A stretch of DNA of 63,555 bases, counting the filler, from Halorussus marinus (GTDB lineage: Archaea > Halobacteriota > Halobacteria > Halobacteriales > Haladaptataceae), in assembly GCF_004765795.1 (NCBI RefSeq). It is 4 parts of 4 records of this genome, joined end to end, with 100 filler letters (N's around TTAATTAATTAA, not from the genome) between each part and the next. Parts side by side here need not be neighbours in the genome. Positions count along the whole stretch, not along the records: positions 39,434 to 55,238 come from NZ_SBIV01000019.1; positions 55,339 to 63,555 come from NZ_SBIV01000021.1; 2 more parts are not named here. One strand, given 5' to 3'. Shown here piece by piece: positions 52,268 to 61,494 of this stretch (positions are counted from its first letter, which is position 1; each line of letters opens with the position of its first letter). The notes below the pieces were generated by a model. The model was not told where the DNA came from, made no database searches, and saw only the letters and a list, made by a program, of their open reading frames with translations. A program made the position numbers and the translations under genes.

Positions 52268-52537
52268 ATGATGAATATTGTAGCTCTCCTTGGCGTTCTG
52301 TTCCTACTGTTGCTAGGTCTCTTCTCTATCTACGCCGGTTTACGACAACTATTCTACGTTCTCACCGGGAATCAAGAGCAATTGGAGGTAGCAGGCCGAT
52401 TCAAGTTTCTCTTCGGTTTCAAAGACCCGACGTTGACGCAAAAACGTCTCTTTTGGTTAATCGGCGGGTTCTTGTTGATTCTCGGTGGGCTCGCGTTTCT
52501 CGGAATGGTGGTGTTCTCGGTCAGTTCTGGAGTCTGA
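52268..52537 (+). CDS. Small two-TM membrane protein
   Basis: Two hydrophobic stretches; low GC. Confidence 0.55.
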   Translation: MMNIVALLGVLFLLLLGLFSIYAGLRQLFYVLTGNQEQLEVAGRFKFLFGFKDPTLTQKRLFWLIGGFLLILGGLAFLGMVVFSVSSGV

Positions 52538-52615
52538 CCCGAACAACTACTCCTCTATTTCACCACCAATTCTGAATAAAGAAACTGTGCTACTAACTAC
52601 TGATAGCACTGTGCG

Positions 52616-53029
52616 TTAGTAGTCTTTCAGCCAAGTGGGACCGCCGTACGCGTCGACGTAACACCGCTTGTGGACGGGCTCCTCACGCTTGTTCGGCACG
52701 GCCTTCTCCAACGGCACTTGGTCTCCGCAGAGATCGCACTCGGCGCTGTGGCCGTGCATCCGAGCATCCTGCGAGAGGTCTTTCGTCTCGATATACAACT
52801 CTTGGAGCGACTTCGGCGTGAGCCGAACAAAGATCTTCTCGCGGTCCTCCTTGTTCCCGCGTTCGGGCGTATAGGACAAGACCCAGTCCTGGCCGGGTTC
52901 ACCATCGCCGCCTGGGCCAAGTGAGATTGTCTGTGCGAGTTCGTCCGGGACGTAGTGCCACTCGTTGTCTGCGAACCGAGGGTAATGACCCTTCGGACGC
53001 GGATTTTCGGGGTCGATATCTTTACTCAT
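52616..53029 (-). CDS. Hypothetical protein with C-terminal CxxC...HxxC motif
   Basis: CDLC...HKRC; start MSKDID. Confidence 0.6.
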   Translation of the reverse strand: MSKDIDPENPRPKGHYPRFADNEWHYVPDELAQTISLGPGGDGEPGQDWVLSYTPERGNKEDREKIFVRLTPKSLQELYIETKDLSQDARMHGHSAECDLCGDQVPLEKAVPNKREEPVHKRCYVDAYGGPTWLKDY

Positions 53030-53040
53030 GGAAATCTCGT

Positions 53041-53076
53041 ATGTCTGTATCTGTATTTGTATATGGATATGTATAT
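53041..53076. repeat. Degenerate hexamer array
   Basis: atgtct gtatct gtattt gtatat ggatat gtatat. Confidence 0.8.
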
Positions 53077-53078
53077 GG

Positions 53079-53450
53079 CTACAACTGGCGGGCGCGCTCG
53101 CCCTTCGCGTCCTTGAACGCTTCAACTGCTTCCGGGCACGCTTCTTGAAGACCTATCCACACAGCCGAGATGATCAACTCCTGCCGGTTCACATCGTTAC
53201 CGCGACCGCGGACCTCGTGCAGTTGCTCAACGACCGCTTCTAACTCGCTCTCGTCAGCCTCAAGCCCACGGACGAACGCAGCAAGATCCTTATCACGGGC
53301 CGAGAGCGTTTTCATGTTCGACCCGCCGTCTTCGACCGCGTCAAGTGCGTCGATGAACCGGTCTTCGAGACTCGGTTCGTTGTTGGTGTTGCTGGCGCGG
53401 TCGCCGGGCCGGGACTGCTCGCGGAGCTCGTCGATGTCTGGGTCACCCAT
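53079..53450 (-). CDS. ParA partner protein (putative DNA-binding adaptor)
   Basis: Starts 2 nt after the parA stop; KTLSARDKDLAAF...VNRQELI. Confidence 0.6.
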   Translation of the reverse strand: MGDPDIDELREQSRPGDRASNTNNEPSLEDRFIDALDAVEDGGSNMKTLSARDKDLAAFVRGLEADESELEAVVEQLHEVRGRGNDVNRQELIISAVWIGLQEACPEAVEAFKDAKGERARQL

Positions 53451-53452
53451 GG

Positions 53453-54322
53453 TTATTCCCCTCCAGTCAGACGCCTGTAGAACGCTTTAGCGTTGACACG
53501 GTAGGCTTCAATCGCCTCTTCGGCGGTCTTCGATGGCTTGTCAAGCGCGAACACGGTCTTGCCTTGGTTGCAGGCGTTTCGAATGTCCTGACTCACAGGA
53601 ACATACGCAGGTGCGAACGCATCAGGGTATGCGTCCTCGAACTGTTGAAGGTACTCCTCGGCGAGGTTCGTTCGCGTGTCCACCTTGTTCGGAAGGACCA
53701 TCGTCAGCTCGAGCTCGATGTCGAAGTTGGTGGCGATACGGTCCAAATCGTCTCGGAGTCCGTTGGCTTGTTTCTCTTCGAGCGGCCCCATCTCGACGGG
53801 CGCGATGATGTTCCGGGCGGCCCAGAGGCCATTGTAGCTGACGTTGTTCGTGAGACCGGGGAGGTCGAAGAGGATCACGTCGTACCCCATCGGCTCGAGA
53901 TGCTCGGTGGTGAACTCGTTGAGGCGCTGGTAGCGATCCTCTTGGTCGACGCTGGCGAGATCGTCGTCGACGCCGTCGAGGTCTGGATGGGCGGGGATGA
54001 TATCTGGGCCTTCACTGGTCTCCCAGATCATCTGCTCGGCGGCGTCGGGAACAGCGCGCGCAATTTGCTCCCATTGGTCGGTGAAGACGGTGCCGATGTT
54101 CGGCCAGTCTTGGTCGTCGTCATCATCGGCGTCGATAGCGGCCTGCCAGTCGTCGAGTAGACCGAAGTATTCGGCGAGGTCGTTTTGTTTCCCAGCGAGA
54201 TCGACGATGAGGACATTGTGGTCTTGCTCGGCGAGTGCGACGCCGAAGTGTGCTGCGGTGGTGGTTTTGCCGGTGCCGCCCTTGTCGAGGAAGGTAGCGC
54301 CGCGGACTGTTTTTGTAGCCAT
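53453..54322 (-). CDS. parA: ParA/MinD-family ATPase
   Basis: DKGGTGKTT deviant Walker A, IVDLA, YDVILFDLPG, NKVDTRT. Confidence 0.9.
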   Translation of the reverse strand: MATKTVRGATFLDKGGTGKTTTAAHFGVALAEQDHNVLIVDLAGKQNDLAEYFGLLDDWQAAIDADDDDDQDWPNIGTVFTDQWEQIARAVPDAAEQMIWETSEGPDIIPAHPDLDGVDDDLASVDQEDRYQRLNEFTTEHLEPMGYDVILFDLPGLTNNVSYNGLWAARNIIAPVEMGPLEEKQANGLRDDLDRIATNFDIELELTMVLPNKVDTRTNLAEEYLQQFEDAYPDAFAPAYVPVSQDIRNACNQGKTVFALDKPSKTAEEAIEAYRVNAKAFYRRLTGGE

Positions 54323-54356
54323 ATCTGCATCTGTATCCATATACAGATATGTATAT
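54321..54356. repeat. Degenerate hexamer array over the parA start/promoter
   Basis: atatct gcatct gtatcc atatac agatat gtatat. Confidence 0.75.
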
Positions 54357-55096
54357 AAAACTTGGCCAGACGTAATCGCTGAAACTAACTGAGAACGGGG
54401 GTAGCTGTTGCTCAGAGGAATTGAAAAGCGAGGGATGACTCCCTCGAAACCCATCTATCTGTTCGGTGCCGGAGTTTGAAACTCTATCGCCACCCGCCAC
54501 TAAATAAGAGAAGTAGAGGTCGTCTACGGAGTCGTCGCGGTCGTCCTCCGCGAGGCGCTCGACGATGCCGTATGTGGAGTCCTGTTCGAATGCTGACGAC
54601 CGCTAATCCATATACCGGTATAGAGTTTACGAATTATTGTCTCGTCACTCGCCAGACCAAGTGGAAATGGAACTCGCTATCTGGAGCGTCTCACACTCAG
54701 AGAACTGTGGGAGGTTGGCGTGCCCAAATCAGGTCCGCAGAACGGAATGGGCGGTCGACAGCGGAAATCTGGGGTTAGTCGTCGGGATCGTGAAGCGCCT
54801 CGCCGAGCGCCCACCTCCGAGCGCCACTACCGCTCCGACTGCCGGACTCTCAGTCACGCTGTAGGCGAGCGCTCCGCCGGCGACTGCTCCAACGAGGCCG
54901 CCACCACGTTCGTCGATGCTTGAGAGTAGACTGTGTCCTTTGTCAAGCACTGTCGGCTCATATTTTCCGGGATTGAACTACGGAATTTCCGAGTTATCAT
55001 AGAAGTCGGAAGCGAACCCCTGCTTTCGGGGTGAATACCAGGGTGATCACCACTGTATCCTCGGGTATTTTGTGCAAGGTTATTTTAGAAGTGCAC

Positions 55097-55238
55097 ATGA
55101 GGCTCGAGGCGACCGCGAAGGAAGACGAATACAAGGTCTGGATGACAGACGGAGAACTCGAGGAACTTCGCCGTGCCGCTGCGAGTCACCGAGACGACCT
55201 TGTCATCCAGCTGGGTGGCTATGTCGGCCTCCGCGCGT
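55097..55238 (+). CDS. Tyrosine recombinase/integrase, N-terminal part (cut by gap)
   Basis: KVWMTDGELEEL..RDDLVIQLGGYVGLRA (box I, GLR). Confidence 0.75.
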
Positions 55239-55346
55239 NNNNNNNNNNNNNNNNNNNNNNNNNNNNNNNNNNNNNNNNNNNNTTAATTAATTAANNNNNN
55301 NNNNNNNNNNNNNNNNNNNNNNNNNNNNNNNNNNNNNNGTGACGAG

Positions 55347-55910
55347 GTGGTACTGTCATGCGTAATCACCAGCGAGAAGCGCCGGCACTACCGGCAGACG
55401 CCGGTGTCGCTGGACGCGGCCGCGACGGTCCGCCGGCGGATGGCGAAGAAGTTCATCCGGCCGGCCTGTCGCGCGGGCTATCGCACGCTCCGGAAGGACG
55501 CGGGCGAGTACGTCCAGGAGGACAATCGCGTCGACGTCGAGGACGTCTCGATGTTCGCGATGCGGCCGTCGCTCCAGACGCTGAAAGACCGACAGACGGT
55601 CGCGTTGCGGAAGCTCCTCGACGGATTTGAATCCGAGGACGCACTCGACACCTGGCTCCATCACCTCGATGACGTCACGCTCGGGGAGCTCGACCGGATC
55701 GACGCGGATCTCGACTGGCGGCTGGAGATGGAGCGGACTGCTCGGGACGTGCTGCTCGGCGACCGTAGTGATCACGCCCGCCAGCGCGAGCAACTGGCGG
55801 CGTTCTACCTGCTTCCGGCGTTTTCGCTGACACCTGCGCTCCAGTTAGAGCGCGCGCAGGAGCTCCGCGAGGACCCGGACAAACAACGACTGGAGGAGAC
55901 ACAGATATGA
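55347..55910 (+). CDS. Hypothetical protein coupled to the ATPase (5' end uncertain)
   Basis: ATGA overlap with the next gene. The SD-preceded ATG at 55358 is out of frame, suggesting an indel near the contig edge. Confidence 0.6.
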   Translation: MVLSCVITSEKRRHYRQTPVSLDAAATVRRRMAKKFIRPACRAGYRTLRKDAGEYVQEDNRVDVEDVSMFAMRPSLQTLKDRQTVALRKLLDGFESEDALDTWLHHLDDVTLGELDRIDADLDWRLEMERTARDVLLGDRSDHARQREQLAAFYLLPAFSLTPALQLERAQELREDPDKQRLEETQI

Positions 55911-57055
55911 CTGCTCCCAACCCTGATAACTTACCTGACCCACACACGCAGACACGCGAGTACCGAGACGATGACCGATTGCATTCCGACGCGGACTACC
56001 TCCGCCGGAGGTTCGGGATGCGGAAGTTCGACCTCGACGCGTGGGACTACGACGATCTCGGTCCGGCGCTGTTCGACCACACATGGGACGGCGGGACAGC
56101 CCGCGTCTCCGGCGGCCCGGGGTGTTTCACGGTCGGGAAAGAAGGCTCGGGAAAGTCGACGCTGTTGCTGCGGATCGCCAGCGTCGAGATGGCACTGAAC
56201 GAGGCGCGGGTGGTCTGGTCGGCGGTGACCGGCAGCCGGTCGGAGTGGCTTCCGTTTGCGCCGGTCGCGCGGGTGTGCGTCCCGAAGGGGTACGAGCCGA
56301 CCGCTCGCCTCGTGCCGAAACAGCGATCGCGTGGCTCGCGTGGCGTCGAGGTCGATCTGGAGGACATCGTCCGAGAGGTGGTCTACTACAAAGACGTGAT
56401 GGACCTGAACCTGCGGGTTCTCCGAGACGGCCAGTTCAACGTCGTGTACCCTGATCCGAAGATGCGGGGGTGTCAGTGGGTCTACGAGGAGAGCGACCGC
56501 GTAGTCGCCGACTCATCGGACGAGGTCGAGTTCACGGCCGAGGACCCGGTGAACCACTGGTGGTTCGGCTGGGGGCTCTCGCTGGTTGAGCGCGGGCCGT
56601 GGGCGTGGACGAGCTGGATTCAGGACGAGGTCCAGAGTCTGGCGCCCGAGGGCGCGGCGAACGACAAGTACCTGACGCGGCTGAAAATCAAGATGCTCGG
56701 CGAGTCGATGGAGGACTTCCGGAAGAACGGGATCGCGCGGTACTTCGCGGGCCACAAGGACAAACACCTCCATTCGCTGTGGCGTGACCGCATCTCGTTC
56801 CGGATTCACATGAACGGGACAGCGAACCCGCGCCAGTCACGATCGTCGTCGATTCCGGTCGGAATGGAGTCGGTTCCGATGGAGGAGGACCTGATGTCCG
56901 ACGAGGACATCGGGACGGCCCTGCTCTACACCGAGAGTTCGTTCGAAAAGGTCGGGTGGCCGAACATCCCGAAGCCGATCAAGGGCGATTTGAAGGTGTA
57001 CCTCGATCCGGACGGCCGGGAGGGGGCGACCTCGACGGGAGGGGTGACGGCATGA
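55907..57055 (+). CDS. P-loop ATPase resembling the pleolipovirus conserved NTPase
   Basis: Walker A GKEGSGKST, Walker B WIQDE; RSEWLP and VVYPDP blocks recalled from haloarchaeal pleolipo-proviral ATPases. Confidence 0.65.
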   Translation: MTAPNPDNLPDPHTQTREYRDDDRLHSDADYLRRRFGMRKFDLDAWDYDDLGPALFDHTWDGGTARVSGGPGCFTVGKEGSGKSTLLLRIASVEMALNEARVVWSAVTGSRSEWLPFAPVARVCVPKGYEPTARLVPKQRSRGSRGVEVDLEDIVREVVYYKDVMDLNLRVLRDGQFNVVYPDPKMRGCQWVYEESDRVVADSSDEVEFTAEDPVNHWWFGWGLSLVERGPWAWTSWIQDEVQSLAPEGAANDKYLTRLKIKMLGESMEDFRKNGIARYFAGHKDKHLHSLWRDRISFRIHMNGTANPRQSRSSSIPVGMESVPMEEDLMSDEDIGTALLYTESSFEKVGWPNIPKPIKGDLKVYLDPDGREGATSTGGVTA

Positions 57056-57618
57056 TTGCCACCCGACCGACGTCGACGATCGGCGTGGCGACGTCGAGCG
57101 CGAGCTCGCGCTCAGATGAAAATCCGGGGGGTCGGATGCGGCGAGGAGGCGGTCCCCGGCGGAGTTCGGCCTCGATCGGGAGCAATTACGCACGCGCGCG
57201 TTTCGGATATGAACGGAATATCCCCCCCGGGGGTGCGGGCGCATTATGCGCGTCGCGAGCAGGTGCGCGGTTGCTCGCTCGGTGGCGTGGTTCGCGCGCT
57301 CGGTTCAAGGCGCGGGCGGGTGCTCGCGATGGACCGCGGCCGCGGGCGACCTCGCGCGAGCGCTCGTCTTCGCGTGGGTTTTTGAACGCGCTGGCGGGCG
57401 AGCGGTGGCGAGCGCGCGAGCGAAGGATTTCGCGGAGACGCGTCCGCGGCCGCGTCGGTGCGGACGTGACCGGAGGCGGGCAGGCGCGTCGGTGTGCGAC
57501 GGCGCGCGCGGTGCTGTGGGCGTGGTTGCCCGCGAGCGCGGTCGGCCTCGCACGGGCGGAGGATACCGCGTGCGGGGCGCTCGCTCAGGCGCGAACGGAG
57601 GTGGGCGCGGATGCGTAA
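57052..57618 (+). other. Arg/Ala/Gly-rich 188-codon ORF over palindrome-rich, CG-rich DNA
   Basis: ATGA-coupled to the ATPase and overlaps the next start; 18-bp perfect palindrome at 57096-57113. Confidence 0.4.
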
Positions 57619-60600
57619 ATCGCGAGCGCTCGCGCTTGTCGCGCTCGTCGTGATGGGTGCGCTCGTCCCCGTGTGGTCGCCCGTGGTGGTGAGCGCGGCC
57701 GAGGAGACGGGCACGTTCGCGGGCGAGGTTTCGATCGAGATGGACGCGGCGACCGACGGCTCGACGAGTCGCTACGAGCTGGCGGACGCCAGCAAGGCCG
57801 AGAACTTCTCGGTTGAATTGACCGGTCGTGAATCGACAGAACAGGAGTCGGTGTCGGGAACGGCACTCTCAGATGGCGAGATGTTGCCGGTTACCGCGGC
57901 TGGAACGAACGCCCCGACTGGGCCAGCAAACGGCCAGCCTGAAGTGACATTTATGGGGGTCGAGGAGACTCGCCAGACGTTCTGGGCCGGATCGGCCAGC
58001 GATGGCTCGACTGATTCCATCAGCGTTGGCGGGAATAAACTGCCCGTGAACTCGACCGTAACATTCACTGGGAGATCGAACACGTCGGATGCGTCATGGA
58101 CTGCGACGAGTCAATCTGACGGTGCGACGGAATCAATCTCGGTGGACGGGAATGTCGTTCCGAAGAACCAGCAGATCACATTGACAGGGCGAGAGACGGC
58201 GATGTGGGTAAATTCGAGTGGTTCGAATATTACTCCGTCATCAACGCACTCGATTATAACGGGTAATTTGCCATCGGTGGGCCCGGCAACCGGAGACCCG
58301 CAGCTCACAGTCACGGGTCATGCAACGACCCATCAACGCGCTGGTAGTCCGGAACATGGATGGCGTAATAAACCAATTCTTGGAAGTTATAGTAGTAAGC
58401 CAATTCACGGAGAACTCACGTTCAAAGACTTAGAGGGCAAGGTGTCATCAGTGTCGTTGAATGCGACGGTGGATTATGGTGATCCGAGTCAGGCGACGGT
58501 GGATATCTACATGGTCAACGAGGGACATGATCAGACGTATGGCGAGGGGACGGTGGTCAAAAGCGGGTGGACTCCGCCGTCGTCGGGTGGCGAGATAACG
58601 ATTGACCTCGACTCGACTTTTGTCGCTGACGGAGGGCGCACTACTGTCGAGTTTGTCACGACAGGTGGAGTTGATGACACCTGGAAATCGCTTAGGATCA
58701 GCTCAATGTCGGAAGCCGATGGGCGAGACAGCCTGTCGTATAAACGGGGTGGTGATACGTATACTAGCACCCTGGACCCTGATATTGAGGCGACTGTGTC
58801 GCCGACGAATGTGGCGGTCTCTGATGGTCACGGTAATTCGACGTCGTTCGGTGATCTATCTGATGGCGAATCCGTGACAAAATCGATGCCATTGGCTGCT
58901 GATGCGACCGACCTCCAGTTCTCGGGAGGAGGTGGTGCGCTCGACTACCAGTTAGTCAAACAGGACCGTTATGCGCCAGCAAACCCGACGGTCGATATCG
59001 ACGGTGATGGCTCACCAGATGCCTCGTATTCCGGCATCCTCAGTCCGGGTGAGTCAGTATCTCGGGATTTATCGTCGTTGCAAGCAGGGACACAGTCGGT
59101 GATGACCTCTGTTGATGAGGGATCAGTCGACTGGAAGATTGAGGCCGACGAGGTAACTGCGACCGAGAACCCGAAGGTCGATGTCGGGGCGGATGGGTCA
59201 ATCGATGGAACGTACGAGGGTGTTCTTCAGAGTGGCGAGACCGTGACAGTCTCACTATTAAACCTCGACAACGGGACAAATGAACTGGCATTTGCGACGA
59301 CAACCATGGGCTTCGACTGGGAGATCAACGCTGATGAGCGCAGCGTCACCGAAAACCCGCAATTGGATTTCGACGGCGACAGCACCCCCGAGGCCTCGTA
59401 CTCGGGGGTGCTTGAGCCGGGCGAAACGGTGACCCGTGGCGTCGACCTCTCGCTCGGGTCGCATGAGACAGTTGTCTCAACGCGATCGTGGTCGAGGGTC
59501 TCAGTCGCGGTCAACTATACCGAAATTTCTGAGTCGGTGAATCCAAGCGTCACTGTCAACGGCTATGAGGCCGCATTTGACGGAACCCTCGCGAAAAATG
59601 AGACCACGGAGCTGAACGTCTCGACTGCGTGGCTCGCGAACGGGACGAATACTGTCGAGGTCGGAGTCGGCGAATCGCTGTCGGCGGAGGCGCCAGCCGC
59701 GCGCGTTGGGGTCGACTACTACCATACGGCGGCGACGAGCCACTCGACAAGCTACAACAGTACGGCGTGGACCGAGGAGCGCACGATCAACAAGACGTTC
59801 GTCGACGACCAGCAGGACGCGACGCTCCAGTTGCCGTTCCACGATTCGGTAGTCAACATCAAGACATTGGAGATCGCTCGGAACGGGTCCGAGTACACCC
59901 GGATGGATTCTGCGAACTACGAGTACGATGCGGAGTCGGCGGTGGTGACGGTCAAGCTCGGCGACATGGAAGCGAACGAGTCAGTGTCGGTCCACGCGAA
60001 GGGCTGGCGGGTCAAGGTCAACGATGGCGACATCACGATCCGCGAGCCGACACTGCCGGGCGATCGGCTCGACACCGCTATCGAAGTGACCGAGAAAGGC
60101 GAGAACTTCTGGCTGGGTATCCAGAACCAGCGGATCGTCCACACATACAACGAGTCGTGGAGCCAGCCCGAGGAGTATTCGCAGGTGACCGCGGATGGCG
60201 CCCAACGAGTCCATCTCCCGAACGCTGGCGAGGGTGCGACCGCTCGGGTCGAGTACACGCCCCTGGAGGTCACTCCCGAGCGCGGGGATGCGGAGGTCCA
60301 CATCGAGGACCTCGATGCCCAACAGTTCCATCTCGACCCGGGGCGGACGAACGGGGGCCCGGTGACAATCCGGTGGCTGAATGCGGTCGAAGACAAGAGC
60401 TACGCGCTCTGGTCGGTGACCCACTCGGATACACGGACGGTTGAGAAGGCCGGCGCTGACGGCGTCGTGTTCGTCGACGATGACAGTCCGGAGACGCTCC
60501 AGATCATCGCGAGCGAGAACGCTGGCGACTCCGGCATCGGTGGGCCATTCGGGCTGGGCCAGTCGCTCCAGGGCGGACTGGTGCTCGCGCTGGTTGCGGG

Positions 60601-61162
60601 CTCGGTCGGGCTCGTTTACTGGCTCCAGCGGCGGTACGGCTCGCGTGGCTACGGCCGGCGGGACGTGCTGGTCTTGTTGACGACTGCGGGAGCGGTGACG
60701 CTGCTCGGGATGGAGATCGTGGCGCCCGGGTCGGCGTCGGGCCTGATCTCCTCGGGCACCGTCCCGATCCTGGGTGGCGCAGTGCTCGCGATCCTCGGGC
60801 TCTACTACGGCATCGACTACCTGCCGGGCGGCCGGCGGCTCAAGATCGGCTACCTCGGCGTGGGCGTGGCGTTCGTCGGTATCCTCGCGCTGGAGGTGCT
60901 GGCGCCCGGGTCGATCTCCGGGACGCTCGGGCCGGTGATCGCGGAGGCGCTCGATCCCGCGATCCGGCTCGGCGGGCTCGCCGGAGTCGGGCTCGCCACC
61001 TACGCGCTGTACCGCTGGCTGTTCGGCAACTCCAGCAGTGGCTCGGGCAGTTCGTCGTCCTCGTCTGGCGGGAGTTCCAGCGAGGACGATTCGGCGATGA
61101 CGCAGGTGATCGTCCAGGACAACGATGATAGCGTCACGACGTCGTCGGGAGGTGACGACTGA
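57611..61162 (+). CDS. 1183-aa secreted, C-terminally membrane-anchored repeat protein (adhesin/spike-like)
   Basis: Signal peptide MRKSRALALVALVV..; beta-rich repeats; DxDGDG loops; many N-x-S/T sequons; about five C-terminal TM segments; Ser-rich tail. Confidence 0.8.
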   Translation: MRKSRALALVALVVMGALVPVWSPVVVSAAEETGTFAGEVSIEMDAATDGSTSRYELADASKAENFSVELTGRESTEQESVSGTALSDGEMLPVTAAGTNAPTGPANGQPEVTFMGVEETRQTFWAGSASDGSTDSISVGGNKLPVNSTVTFTGRSNTSDASWTATSQSDGATESISVDGNVVPKNQQITLTGRETAMWVNSSGSNITPSSTHSIITGNLPSVGPATGDPQLTVTGHATTHQRAGSPEHGWRNKPILGSYSSKPIHGELTFKDLEGKVSSVSLNATVDYGDPSQATVDIYMVNEGHDQTYGEGTVVKSGWTPPSSGGEITIDLDSTFVADGGRTTVEFVTTGGVDDTWKSLRISSMSEADGRDSLSYKRGGDTYTSTLDPDIEATVSPTNVAVSDGHGNSTSFGDLSDGESVTKSMPLAADATDLQFSGGGGALDYQLVKQDRYAPANPTVDIDGDGSPDASYSGILSPGESVSRDLSSLQAGTQSVMTSVDEGSVDWKIEADEVTATENPKVDVGADGSIDGTYEGVLQSGETVTVSLLNLDNGTNELAFATTTMGFDWEINADERSVTENPQLDFDGDSTPEASYSGVLEPGETVTRGVDLSLGSHETVVSTRSWSRVSVAVNYTEISESVNPSVTVNGYEAAFDGTLAKNETTELNVSTAWLANGTNTVEVGVGESLSAEAPAARVGVDYYHTAATSHSTSYNSTAWTEERTINKTFVDDQQDATLQLPFHDSVVNIKTLEIARNGSEYTRMDSANYEYDAESAVVTVKLGDMEANESVSVHAKGWRVKVNDGDITIREPTLPGDRLDTAIEVTEKGENFWLGIQNQRIVHTYNESWSQPEEYSQVTADGAQRVHLPNAGEGATARVEYTPLEVTPERGDAEVHIEDLDAQQFHLDPGRTNGGPVTIRWLNAVEDKSYALWSVTHSDTRTVEKAGADGVVFVDDDSPETLQIIASENAGDSGIGGPFGLGQSLQGGLVLALVAGSVGLVYWLQRRYGSRGYGRRDVLVLLTTAGAVTLLGMEIVAPGSASGLISSGTVPILGGAVLAILGLYYGIDYLPGGRRLKIGYLGVGVAFVGILALEVLAPGSISGTLGPVIAEALDPAIRLGGLAGVGLATYALYRWLFGNSSSGSGSSSSSSGGSSSEDDSAMTQVIVQDNDDSVTTSSGGDD

Positions 61163-61494
61163 TGCCCGCGGACGTGTTCGTGGTGCTGCGCGAGGCGGTC
61201 GGTCAGGTCCTGGCGACGCTCGGACTGAAAGGCATGATCGGGGCGAGCGCGGTCGTCTCGACACTGACGCTGTTCTGGTGGGGCTACCGGCTCTCGTCGG
61301 TGGTGGCGTTCCTGCGGACAGCAAGCACGGTCGCCGTTCGGTACGGAGCGGTGTCGGTGGCCGTGCTGGCGGTCGCACTCGCCGGGGCGCTCCACGCGGG
61401 GGTCATCCCGGGCGTGAATATCGCGCCAATCTACGACCTGCTGGACGTCCTGGTCGAGACGGTCTCGCCGAGCGGTGGAGGTGGGATACTGTGA
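61162..61494 (+). CDS. Small integral membrane protein
   Basis: TGATG coupling; SD ggaggtga; mostly hydrophobic 110 aa. Confidence 0.7.
   Translation: MPADVFVVLREAVGQVLATLGLKGMIGASAVVSTLTLFWWGYRLSSVVAFLRTASTVAVRYGAVSVAVLAVALAGALHAGVIPGVNIAPIYDLLDVLVETVSPSGGGGIL

Noticed and set aside
53030..53125. HIHIHIQIQIQ N-terminal extension as a metal-binding peptide
   Set aside because: It is just the translation of the hexamer array upstream of the likely ATG at 53029.
55097..55910. Integrase belonging to the contig-4 virus-like element
   Set aside because: They are separated by an artificial spacer. The other joins show window order is not genomic order, and no TSD or overlap links them.
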